Shown here: positions 40,306-48,536 of the stretch, piece by piece
Layout: each line of letters opens with the position of its first letter
How positions within the stretch are numbered: the stretch's first letter is position 1
Assembly: GCA_900313815.1 (NCBI GenBank)
Contig: OMST01000056.1
Coordinates: forward strand, 1-48,536
DNA: 48,536 bases
Origin: an uncultured Eubacteriales bacterium
GTDB taxonomy: Bacteria; Bacillota_I; Bacilli_A; RF39; UBA660
Direction of reading: 5' to 3'
Position numbers and translations under genes: made by a program
Notes under the pieces: model-generated
Seen by the model: only the letters and a program-made list of their open reading frames with translations
What the model was told of the DNA's origin: nothing
The model's database searches: none

Positions 40306-41217
40306 TTATAAAATATCTTCATCAAATCCTAATTTCCTTTTAGAAATAAATATGGGTCTATTTTTTGCTTCATTATAAGTTTTACCTAAATACTCGCCTA
40401 AAATGCCTATAAATATTAAGTGTATACCTCCAAGGAAAAGAATAATGCATATTATAGGAGAATACCCAATAGTAGCAACACCTTTTATTATAATTTTAAT
40501 AATAATAGCAATTAAGTATAAAAAAGATATTATGCTAATGAATAGTCCAGTCCATGTGGCAGCCCTTAGAGGTTTAGAATTTATTAAGGCATCAAACAAA
40601 TAATTAAATGGTATTTTTTTACTTTTTATAGATTTACTATTTTCAACATCATAATAATCATAATATGTATTAAATCCAATATAGCTAAATATTCCTTTTG
40701 TAAACCTGTTTTTTTCACTTATTTTATTTATAGCTAATACAACATTCCTTCGAAACATTCTAAAGTCTGAAGCACCTTCTATAATTTCTAGATTAGACAT
40801 CTTTTTAATTAATTTATAAAACAAATGTTGAAAAAATTTTTTCTTTTTTTGCTTTTGACACATACATATAGAATCATATTCAGAGTTTTCTTTTAAAAAA
40901 TTATACATCTTTAATAGATAATTTAAATTTTGTTTATTATCTACATCTATTATGCATGCAATTTTAGCTTTTGAATATTGAAGTCCAGCGTACATAGCAG
41001 CTTCTTTTCCAAAATTTCTTGAAAAACTAATTACTTTAATATTATTATCATTTGTTTTATATATTTCTTCTAATTCTTCAAATGTTTTATCAGTTGATCC
41101 ATCATCAATAAATATATAGTTATGTTTAATATCTTTTAATATTTTCTGTGTTTCATTATAAAAATTTTTAATATTACCTTCTTCATTATAAGTAGGTATA
41201 ATAATATCTAATTCCAT
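40306..41217 (-). CDS. GT2 glycosyltransferase, GtrB/CsbB-like
   Basis: IPTYNEE, IDDGSTD, FSRNFGKEAA, SDFR, two C-terminal TMs and GEYLGK...RP. Confidence 0.88.
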   Translation of the reverse strand: MELDIIIPTYNEEGNIKNFYNETQKILKDIKHNYIFIDDGSTDKTFEELEEIYKTNDNNIKVISFSRNFGKEAAMYAGLQYSKAKIACIIDVDNKQNLNYLLKMYNFLKENSEYDSICMCQKQKKKKFFQHLFYKLIKKMSNLEIIEGASDFRMFRRNVVLAINKISEKNRFTKGIFSYIGFNTYYDYYDVENSKSIKSKKIPFNYLFDALINSKPLRAATWTGLFISIISFLYLIAIIIKIIIKGVATIGYSPIICIILFLGGIHLIFIGILGEYLGKTYNEAKNRPIFISKRKLGFDEDIL

Positions 41218-41287
41218 TTTTAATACTCCTATTAAAAACCCCTTAAAATCATTGTATCATTATTTTAATATAAATTAAATAACTAAC

Positions 41288-41316
41288 TTGTATTTTAATA
41301 TTTAAATAGTTATAAT
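41288..41316 (+). promoter_or_regulatory. Sigma-A-like promoter of the ABC gene
   Basis: TTGTAT-17 bp-TATAAT. Confidence 0.5.
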
Positions 41317-41334
41317 TATTATAATAGGAGATAT

Positions 41335-43011
41335 ATGAAAGAATTTAACAAGAAAATATTAAGAAAAACTGGTAAAGAAATAGGATTAGAATTCTTTGTA
41401 TGCATAGTTTTAAGAGCATGCTTATTGATTATTCCAATATTATATAGCGAAATGATTAGTTTCGTATCTTTATCATTGTTTCAAAAAGCTATTCATATAT
41501 TAATTATATATATTGTGGTTATTACAATTTATAAACTGTTTGATTTTTTTAGACAATATACATATTACTATGTATATAACAAATTGTATAAAGAATGGAC
41601 TACTGTAGGCATGCAGTATACATATAAAAATTCTATATTTAGTTTATCTAGATTTTCTTCTGGAGAATATCTTAATATAATGAATAATGATATAGATATA
41701 ATATGCACATTCTTTTCAAATTCTATATATAGAATTATTCAAATATGTGAATTAGTATTTATATTTTATTACTTTTTTACTATAAATACTGCTTTGTTTA
41801 TTACTACTTTATCAGCATCTTTAATAGTGTTAATGTTCATAATTATGTGCAGTGATAAAGTACAAGAATTTAATCAAAATAAAAAAGATTCATATGATAA
41901 AAAAACAAGCACTATAAGTGATATATTTAGTGGTATTAAAGAAATAAAAGGATTTAATATAGGTAAAAAGATTAATAATAGAGCATTACTTGACACTAAT
42001 AAATGGACAAGTGATAATGCTAAATACTCTACAACATATAATTCAGTAAATATAATAAGTGTATATTTTTTAGAAACTTTAAGACTTTTATTATTAATAT
42101 ATGGTGTTTATCAAATATCACATGGAAATATGGAAGTAGGAATACTTGTAATAATATATAGTTATTATCAAAAATTGATTGATAATTTCTCTCTAGTAAC
42201 AACATTAAACTTAGAATATCGTAATCTTAAAATATCTATGAAAAGAATTAATAAATTATTTGAATATGCTAATGAAGGAAAAAACAATTTATTAGAAGTT
42301 AAAAACATAGAAGGAAAAATAGAATTTAAAAATATATTATATGGATATAGGCATGATCCTGTATTAAATGATTTTTCTTTAACACTAGAACCAAATAAAA
42401 TGTATGCTATAACTGGTAAAACAGGAAGTGGTAAAACGGGTGTTGTAGATTTATTATTAAAGATGAATAGGCAATTGGAAGGTCAAATATTACTAGATGG
42501 AATAGATATTTCTACAATATCGGAAGATTCATATTATAATTTAGTTTCAGTTGCTCGCAAAAGTCCATTTTTCTTTAACTGTAGCATTAAAGATAATTTA
42601 ATGATTCTAGGAACCACTGAGGAAGAAATAATTAATACATGCAAAGAACTAGGATTGCATGATAGAATAATGTCATTAGATAAAGGATATGATACAATTG
42701 TATCTAATGAGAATAAATTATTATCTTCTTCTGATAGAAGACTATTAGCTATAGCAAGAGTATTATTAAAAAATAGTAGAATATTCTTGTTTGATGAAAT
42801 AATTGAAACGTTTGATAAATCTAATAGGGACATTATTATTAGACTATTAAAACAAAAGAAAAAAGAACATACAATTCTAATTATATCTAGAGATACTAAG
42901 ATATTAAAACATATGGATAAAATAATTTTGATGGATAGCGGTAATTTAATAGATACTGGCACTAATGATGAATTATTAAAAAGAAGTAAATTATATAGTG
43001 AAATATGTTAA
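41335..43011 (+). CDS. ABC exporter half-transporter (TMD plus degenerate NBD)
   Basis: Multi-TM N-terminus; GKTGSGKT, LSSSD and FLFDE. Confidence 0.88.
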   Translation: MKEFNKKILRKTGKEIGLEFFVCIVLRACLLIIPILYSEMISFVSLSLFQKAIHILIIYIVVITIYKLFDFFRQYTYYYVYNKLYKEWTTVGMQYTYKNSIFSLSRFSSGEYLNIMNNDIDIICTFFSNSIYRIIQICELVFIFYYFFTINTALFITTLSASLIVLMFIIMCSDKVQEFNQNKKDSYDKKTSTISDIFSGIKEIKGFNIGKKINNRALLDTNKWTSDNAKYSTTYNSVNIISVYFLETLRLLLLIYGVYQISHGNMEVGILVIIYSYYQKLIDNFSLVTTLNLEYRNLKISMKRINKLFEYANEGKNNLLEVKNIEGKIEFKNILYGYRHDPVLNDFSLTLEPNKMYAITGKTGSGKTGVVDLLLKMNRQLEGQILLDGIDISTISEDSYYNLVSVARKSPFFFNCSIKDNLMILGTTEEEIINTCKELGLHDRIMSLDKGYDTIVSNENKLLSSSDRRLLAIARVLLKNSRIFLFDEIIETFDKSNRDIIIRLLKQKKKEHTILIISRDTKILKHMDKIILMDSGNLIDTGTNDELLKRSKLYSEIC

Positions 43012-43031
43012 GACCGTATGGTCTTTTTTTT
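43010..43031 (+). terminator. Intrinsic terminator after the ABC gene
   Basis: AAGACC-GTAT-GGTCTT plus T-run. Confidence 0.75.
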
Positions 43032-43054
43032 ATTTAAGAGAATAAAATTAATTG

Positions 43055-45613
43055 ATGAAAACTAATATTAAAACAGGTTTAACAAATAAAGAAATAGAAG
43101 ATTCTAAAAAAAAATATGGATCAAACATAATAGAAGGCCAAAAGAAAAGAACTTTTATAGATTTAATAATTGAGTCCTTAAATGATCCAATAATCAAAAT
43201 TCTTATTATTGCTTTGGGAGTAAAATTATTATTTTTATTTAACAATAATGATTTATATGAAACATTGGGTATAGTAGTTGCTATATTTTTAGCATCATTT
43301 ATTTCTGCTATATCAGAATATGGTAGTGAAAAAGCATTTGAAAAATTAAATTCGGAAAATTCAATTATTAAAGTAAAAGTTCAAAGAAATTCTAAAAAAA
43401 CAATTATAAATATTAATGAGGTTGTAGTTGGAGATATAGTATATCTAGAAAGTGGAGATAAAGTGCCTGCAGATGGAAGATTGATAAGTGGAGAAATATA
43501 TATAGATGAAAGTTCTTTAACTGGTGAAACAAAAGAAAAATATAAAACTATTGTTGATAATAAATTATTTATGGGGACCATAGTTACTGATAAAAGTGCA
43601 ATTATGCAAGTAACTGATGTTGGTTCTTCAACTATGTATGGTAGAATTGCTCAAGATATACAAGAATTAACTATAGAAAGCCCATTAAAATCTAGATTAA
43701 GAGTATTAGCAAAACAAATTAGTAAAATGGGATATATAGCAGCTTTATTAATATTAGTATCCTATATGTTTAATGCTATAATAATAGCTAATGGTTTTAA
43801 TTGGTCTAAAATATTAGAATTGAATGGTTTCTTTTCGCATTTGATTTATGCATTAACATTGAGTGTTGCTGTAGTAGTAATGGCTGTTCCCGAAGGATTG
43901 CCTATGATGATAACATTAGTATTATCATCAAATATGAAAAGACTATTAAAGAAAAATGTCCTTGTCAAAAAACTAGTTGGTATAGAAACCGCGGGTTCTT
44001 TAAATATTCTTTTTACAGATAAAACTGGTACATTAACTGAAGGAAAATTAAGAGTTATCTCATATTTAGATAATAATTATAATGAGTATAAAGAATTTAA
44101 TAATATTAATAATGAATTAGTATATCAATCCCTTGTATACAACAATGATTCTTTTTATAATGAGAATAATATAGAGGGCGGAAATACAACTGATAAAGCA
44201 ATATTGATGTTTACTAAAACTGATATAAAAGAAAAATATAATATAATAGAAAAAGTTCCTTTCAATAGTAAAAATAAATACTCAAAAATTGTAACTAATT
44301 ATAAAAATAAAACAACTTTTATTAAGGGTGCATATGAAACAATAATATCCAAATGTAATAAATATATTGATAGTAAAGGAAACATTCAAATATTAACGGA
44401 TAAAAAAAGAAAAATAGATTATTTAAATATAAAGGCATCAATGGGATACAGAATTATAGCATTATGCTATTCTTATGATGATACTAACTATATATTATTA
44501 GGATATGTATTATTAAAAGATGATATAAGGCCTAAATCATTCGAGGGAGTTAGTTTAATTCAGAAAGCAGGAGTTCAAGTTGTTATGGTAACAGGTGATG
44601 CTAAAGAAACGGCTTGTTCAGTTGCAAAAGAATTAAATATAATGTGTGATAATGACATTGTTTTGACTAGTGAAGAATTTAATAAAATGAGTGATGAAGA
44701 AGTAAAGAGTATAATGCCTAAATTAAAAGTAATAGCCAGATGCTTACCAAGTGATAAAAACAGATTAGTTAAATTAGCTCAAGAATTAGATTTGATAGTA
44801 GGCATGACTGGTGATGGAGTAAATGATGCTCCTGCTCTTAAAAGAAGTGATGTAGGTTTTTGTATGGGAAGTGGTACAGAAGTTGCAAAAGAAACCAGCG
44901 ATATTATAATATTAGACAATAATGTTGTTTCTATAAGTAGTGCTATTTTGTATGGAAGAACTATATTTAAAAGTATTAGAAAATTTGTAATATTTCAATT
45001 AAGTGTTAATGTATGTGCTGTGTTGTTGAGTATTATAGGACCTTATATTGGTATATTATCACCTATAACTATCATTCAAATGTTATGGATAAATATGGTA
45101 ATGGATACTTTCGCTGGATTAGCATTTTCATATGAACCCGCATTATTAGAATATATGGATGAAAAACCTAAAAAAAGAAATGAAAAAATCATTAATCATT
45201 ATATGTTGAATCAAATATTATATAATGGGATATACTCAACAGTAATATGTATATGGTTTTTAAAATCTAATTTTATTAAAAACCTATATAGATGGGATTC
45301 TTCTAATAAATATATAATGACTGCTTTTTTTGGATTGTTTATATTTTTAGCAATATTTAATGCTTTTAATGCAAGAACACATAGATTAAATGTATTATCT
45401 AATATATTTAAAAATAAAATATTTATAATAATTATTTCTTTGATATCAATAATTCAGGTGCTATTAATGTATTATGGTGGAACTATCTTTAGAACTACAG
45501 GATTAACTATATATGAATTTGAATTAATGATAGTTATAGCTTTTTCAATCATACCATTTGATATTATAAGGAAAATAATACTTAAAAAAAAGAAAATAGA
45601 AAGAGGAGTCTAA
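43055..45613 (+). CDS. Calcium-translocating P-type ATPase
   Basis: LTGE, VPEGLP, DKTGTLT, MVTGD, TGDGVNDAPAL, QMLWINMVMD. Confidence 0.92.
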   Translation: MKTNIKTGLTNKEIEDSKKKYGSNIIEGQKKRTFIDLIIESLNDPIIKILIIALGVKLLFLFNNNDLYETLGIVVAIFLASFISAISEYGSEKAFEKLNSENSIIKVKVQRNSKKTIININEVVVGDIVYLESGDKVPADGRLISGEIYIDESSLTGETKEKYKTIVDNKLFMGTIVTDKSAIMQVTDVGSSTMYGRIAQDIQELTIESPLKSRLRVLAKQISKMGYIAALLILVSYMFNAIIIANGFNWSKILELNGFFSHLIYALTLSVAVVVMAVPEGLPMMITLVLSSNMKRLLKKNVLVKKLVGIETAGSLNILFTDKTGTLTEGKLRVISYLDNNYNEYKEFNNINNELVYQSLVYNNDSFYNENNIEGGNTTDKAILMFTKTDIKEKYNIIEKVPFNSKNKYSKIVTNYKNKTTFIKGAYETIISKCNKYIDSKGNIQILTDKKRKIDYLNIKASMGYRIIALCYSYDDTNYILLGYVLLKDDIRPKSFEGVSLIQKAGVQVVMVTGDAKETACSVAKELNIMCDNDIVLTSEEFNKMSDEEVKSIMPKLKVIARCLPSDKNRLVKLAQELDLIVGMTGDGVNDAPALKRSDVGFCMGSGTEVAKETSDIIILDNNVVSISSAILYGRTIFKSIRKFVIFQLSVNVCAVLLSIIGPYIGILSPITIIQMLWINMVMDTFAGLAFSYEPALLEYMDEKPKKRNEKIINHYMLNQILYNGIYSTVICIWFLKSNFIKNLYRWDSSNKYIMTAFFGLFIFLAIFNAFNARTHRLNVLSNIFKNKIFIIIISLISIIQVLLMYYGGTIFRTTGLTIYEFELMIVIAFSIIPFDIIRKIILKKKKIERGV

Positions 45614-45616
45614 CTA

Positions 45617-47344
45617 TTATCTTTTTAATTGTAGTGCTCTCATATATTCACCATACATTAATGACAATTCTGTTTCTCTTTGATTAAAATATTCTATTAA
45701 ATCTTCAAAGGTTTCACTATCAAAGAATTCTGGTATATCATTAAAATAGAATTGATGTACCAAATATTGATTATAAGTAGAAACATATTGTCTTGCAGTA
45801 CCAGTTGAGTGAGAATATTCATTAAATCCTAATCCATGATGATAAAGAGGCTTAGAAGAATATTTACTATTTAGAAACAATTCATTTATTATTTTTTTAG
45901 TCCATCCGTTAATTTCTATATTTAATTCCTTCATTAATGGAGTTATATATTCTTTATCTTGCATTCTATATACATAAGGATAATTATGTTCTTTAGCTAT
46001 TAATGCTAGTGTTCTATTATATGTTATTATGAATTCTCTAACAATCATATCGCTTTCATAGTCGTGTTCTGTATTATCATTAACAGCATCTTTCTTTTTC
46101 CAATAATCTCCTTTTATAGAGTTTCTTGCTTTTAATGCATATGCAAGTGATTTTAAATCATTTAAATCATTATATAGTTCTTTGAAAATAGCGCCTTTTA
46201 AGATTCTGTCTCCTTGAGAATATGAAATGTTTTTTGAAACAATAATATTCTCTTTTTCAAATGAATAATCTACTATTCTACCATCATCAGTAAATACAAG
46301 AGTTAGAGCTAATGCTCCTCTAGGAACGTTTTCATTAAGAGAAAGTGCTTCTGTAATTCTACTATTAAAAATTTCCACTCTATGCTCGGGAAGACAAAAA
46401 TTCTTATAATTATTTCTTGCTTCTAAATCAATTTTACTATTAGGCTTAATAAATCTGCCTACATCAGTAATATATATTTTAACTATAAATAAATTACCAT
46501 CTTTAGTAATACTTAAGGCATCATCTCTTAAATGAGTCCCATTTTTATCAAGTGTAATAATAGTACTATTTGAATGAGCTTTCTTAATGTTTAATATTTT
46601 ATATTCGCTATGATTAGTAACAAGCTCATATTTTTTTAATACTTCATCTGTATCAAAAGGCCTTCTAAGGCCATTTATTATATAGTGAAGCTCATTTGTC
46701 CATTTATTTCTTCCTTCAACTGTAAGTATTGCTTGATACTTTTTTTGATTAATTTTAGATGTCCAAACTACTTTTAATAATGTTATATAATAATATATAT
46801 CTCTACTATTATCTCTAATAGCATTTATGGCTTTTTTAAAAACTATATCAAATAATTCAACACTATCAGTAACAGCTTCTTTGTTAATGTTAATAAATTT
46901 TTTAATAATGTTTACATCTTCTTTTTTATCTATTAATTGTTTAATCAATTCTCTTAAAGCATTCGGATCTATACTTTTATCAAGTATAATTTCATCTATT
47001 ATATTTATTAAATCTAAAATTTCATCCTTAAATGATTTAGCTTCATTTCTACAAGTAATTAATGCGGCTCTTGCTCTTTTAATTCTTGCTTTATTAATTT
47101 CAATTTCATCTGCATCAAATTTTTGTTTACTACAAAGAATTTTAATGAGTTCTATATTGTTTTTCATTAATCCTATTTCATAATCGGTATTGTTAAAGCT
47201 TTTAGCAGAACTTATAAGCCTATCAAAAGAGTCTCTAATTAGTTGGCCATTATTTTTACCAGTGTCTTGTTTTAAATAATTGATATTGTCATCACTGAAA
47301 TTACCATATTTAATAAATGAATATAATTTATTAGTTCGTCCCAT
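45617..47344 (-). CDS. RNB-domain (RNase II/R-like) protein with an atypical N-terminal region
   Basis: ITLD...RDDALS, IYITDV, IVREFII..N, VYR and HHGLG...YSHSTGTARQY. Start at ATG 47344 after GGGGG (alternatives upstream). Confidence 0.75.
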   Translation of the reverse strand: MGRTNKLYSFIKYGNFSDDNINYLKQDTGKNNGQLIRDSFDRLISSAKSFNNTDYEIGLMKNNIELIKILCSKQKFDADEIEINKARIKRARAALITCRNEAKSFKDEILDLINIIDEIILDKSIDPNALRELIKQLIDKKEDVNIIKKFININKEAVTDSVELFDIVFKKAINAIRDNSRDIYYYITLLKVVWTSKINQKKYQAILTVEGRNKWTNELHYIINGLRRPFDTDEVLKKYELVTNHSEYKILNIKKAHSNSTIITLDKNGTHLRDDALSITKDGNLFIVKIYITDVGRFIKPNSKIDLEARNNYKNFCLPEHRVEIFNSRITEALSLNENVPRGALALTLVFTDDGRIVDYSFEKENIIVSKNISYSQGDRILKGAIFKELYNDLNDLKSLAYALKARNSIKGDYWKKKDAVNDNTEHDYESDMIVREFIITYNRTLALIAKEHNYPYVYRMQDKEYITPLMKELNIEINGWTKKIINELFLNSKYSSKPLYHHGLGFNEYSHSTGTARQYVSTYNQYLVHQFYFNDIPEFFDSETFEDLIEYFNQRETELSLMYGEYMRALQLKR

Positions 47345-47438
47345 TTTGGCCCCCATAATTAAGCATCTATATATATAATAGCACATGTTTCTTTATTAAA
47401 ACAAGAATTAATGTTATAATTTAATTGGAAGTGATCAT

Positions 47439-47861
47439 ATGTATAAATATAGGAAAATACTTTTATATTTTTTAACGCTATCATATATTATTTTAACTAT
47501 TATTGAGCTTACTAAATATTTAGCGTTAGATTCAACAATATATGGACTTATTTATTTAATTGCGTCGTTATTATTAATATTTATTCTAATACCAACAACA
47601 ATAAATTATAAAAACAATTATTCAATGACTAGATTCAGTAAATTTATGATAATAATAATACTTGGAATATTTAATTCATTTATATTAAATCATATAGTTT
47701 TTAGTAATTTACATTATTTAGATTCTTCTTATGAATATCTTGGCAGTATTAGGTATATTAAAAATATTTTTAAACCATTTATATATTGTGTTATATTGCT
47801 TATTTCTCTAAGAGAATGCAAGGTATATGAAAAACTATTTAAATTAATCAAAAAGTCTTGA
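47439..47861 (+). CDS. Hypothetical four-TM membrane protein
   Basis: 140-aa hydrophobic ORF with upstream TGTTATAAT and GGAAGTGA RBS. Confidence 0.7.
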   Translation: MYKYRKILLYFLTLSYIILTIIELTKYLALDSTIYGLIYLIASLLLIFILIPTTINYKNNYSMTRFSKFMIIIILGIFNSFILNHIVFSNLHYLDSSYEYLGSIRYIKNIFKPFIYCVILLISLRECKVYEKLFKLIKKS

Positions 47862-47873
47862 TTAATTTTTTTT
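47841..47873 (+). terminator. Intrinsic terminator
   Basis: AAATTAATCAA-AAAGTC-TTGATTAATTT plus T-run. Confidence 0.6.
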
Positions 47874-47948
47874 GCTACTATATAATATTGTCTCGAATAT
47901 GCCGAAGCATAGGTAATATTTGACAAATACTCGGTTTTGTGATATAAT
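47858..47948 (+). promoter_or_regulatory. Tandem sigma-A promoters
   Basis: TTGATT(47858)-17-TATAAT(47881) and TTGACA(47920)-17-TATAAT(47943) with TG extension. Confidence 0.7.
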
Positions 47949-47979
47949 ACAAGCCATATTTACGAAGGGGGTAAATTTT

Positions 47980-48536
47980 ATGAGTAAAGAAGAGTATTTA
48001 GATTACTTATATTCTAAACAAGCTGAAAAACAAGCTGATGTAGAAAAATTAGATAAGGAGTATAGAAATCTTTGGAGACGTTACAATGACGCTCCTGCTG
48101 ATTCAAAAGATGATTTTAAACCATTGATGTGGAATAAATATCATGAATTAGTAGATGCTAAAGCTGAATTAGCTAATATTGATGATGAAATTAATAAAAC
48201 TAAAGCAGAAATAGCAGAAGAATCAGTAGAAGAATCTAAAGATGAAGTTGTTAAAGAACACAAACTAAGCGGATTAGCTAGATTTGGTATTGTAGCTTTA
48301 GCATTAGCTTCTGGTGGTGTAGGATATGCAATTGCTAAGAACACTAATTGTTCTGGTAAAGTTGCTACAGTTCAATCAGATGATGTTAAAGAAACAAATG
48401 ACGTTAGTAGAGATTTATCAACACCTGTTGTAGCTCCAAATGCTACACCTGAGTTAACTGCTGCACCAGTAGTTGTAACAACTCCAGAAGCAACAGTTGA
48501 ACCAACTGCTGAGCCAACTGCTGAACCAACTGCTGA
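47980..48536 (+). CDS. Single-pass membrane protein with Pro/Thr-rich stalk (3' end runs off the window)
   Basis: Not in ORF track. MSKEEYLDYLYSKQ...coiled coil...FGIVALALASGGVGYAIA...TPVVAPNATPE...EPTAEPTAEPTA; RBS GAAGGGGG. Confidence 0.85.
   Translation, partial: MSKEEYLDYLYSKQAEKQADVEKLDKEYRNLWRRYNDAPADSKDDFKPLMWNKYHELVDAKAELANIDDEINKTKAEIAEESVEESKDEVVKEHKLSGLARFGIVALALASGGVGYAIAKNTNCSGKVATVQSDDVKETNDVSRDLSTPVVAPNATPELTAAPVVVTTPEATVEPTAEPTAEPTA
48499..48536 (+). repeat. 12-bp coding tandem repeat (EPTA)n
   Basis: GAACCAACTGCT GAGCCAACTGCT GAACCAACTGCT GA..., cut by the window end. Confidence 0.9.

Noticed and set aside
1030-48344. Other short overlapping ORFs in the track (e.g. 5933-6283, 8820-9152, 28347-28529, 35676-36164, 42534-42962, 48141-48344)
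   Set aside because: They overlap well-supported genes and have no motifs or convincing RBS.
1-48536. Mycoplasma-type genetic code 4
   Set aside because: TGA terminates several genes with ATGA/GTGA overlaps (recF-gyrB, yabP-yabQ, rimI-tsaD), and conserved Trp residues use TGG.

Overview
Very AT-rich (roughly 20-25% GC by eye), translation-table-11 chromosomal window spanning the replication origin of a genome-reduced Bacillota/Bacilli bacterium (an RF39-like uncultured lineage is my inference). Left of oriC on the minus strand: noc (partial), rsmG, mnmG, mnmE, jag, yidC, rnpA, rpmH. Right of oriC on the plus strand: dnaA, dnaN, comK-like, recF, gyrB, gyrA, a ~690 bp non-coding centromere-like island (one perfect Noc-binding site, four parS sites, a ~200 bp tandem duplication), a small SRP RNA, tadA, dnaX, ybaB, recR, an unannotated bofA, holB, ricT, a tRNA methyltransferase, rsmI, pth, mfd, spoVT, tatD, a 3D-domain gene, rsmA, yabG, veg, spoVG, yabP, yabQ, divIC, tilS, ftsH, a nucleotidyltransferase and tsaB-rimI-tsaD, followed by accessory membrane/transport genes. 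Highlights: three perfect Spo0A boxes at exact 10-bp periodicity upstream of an origin-proximal ComK gene; the combined NBS/parS island; AT-shifted DnaA boxes (TTATTAACA) alongside an altered DnaA recognition helix; a VirB2/pilin-like N-terminus fused to a phosphodiester glycosidase domain; a TadA carrying base-editor-like residues; and degenerate ABC and RNB proteins. No rRNA, tRNA, CRISPR array or mobile element was seen. All calls come from manual motif reading and synteny recall; no database searches were run.
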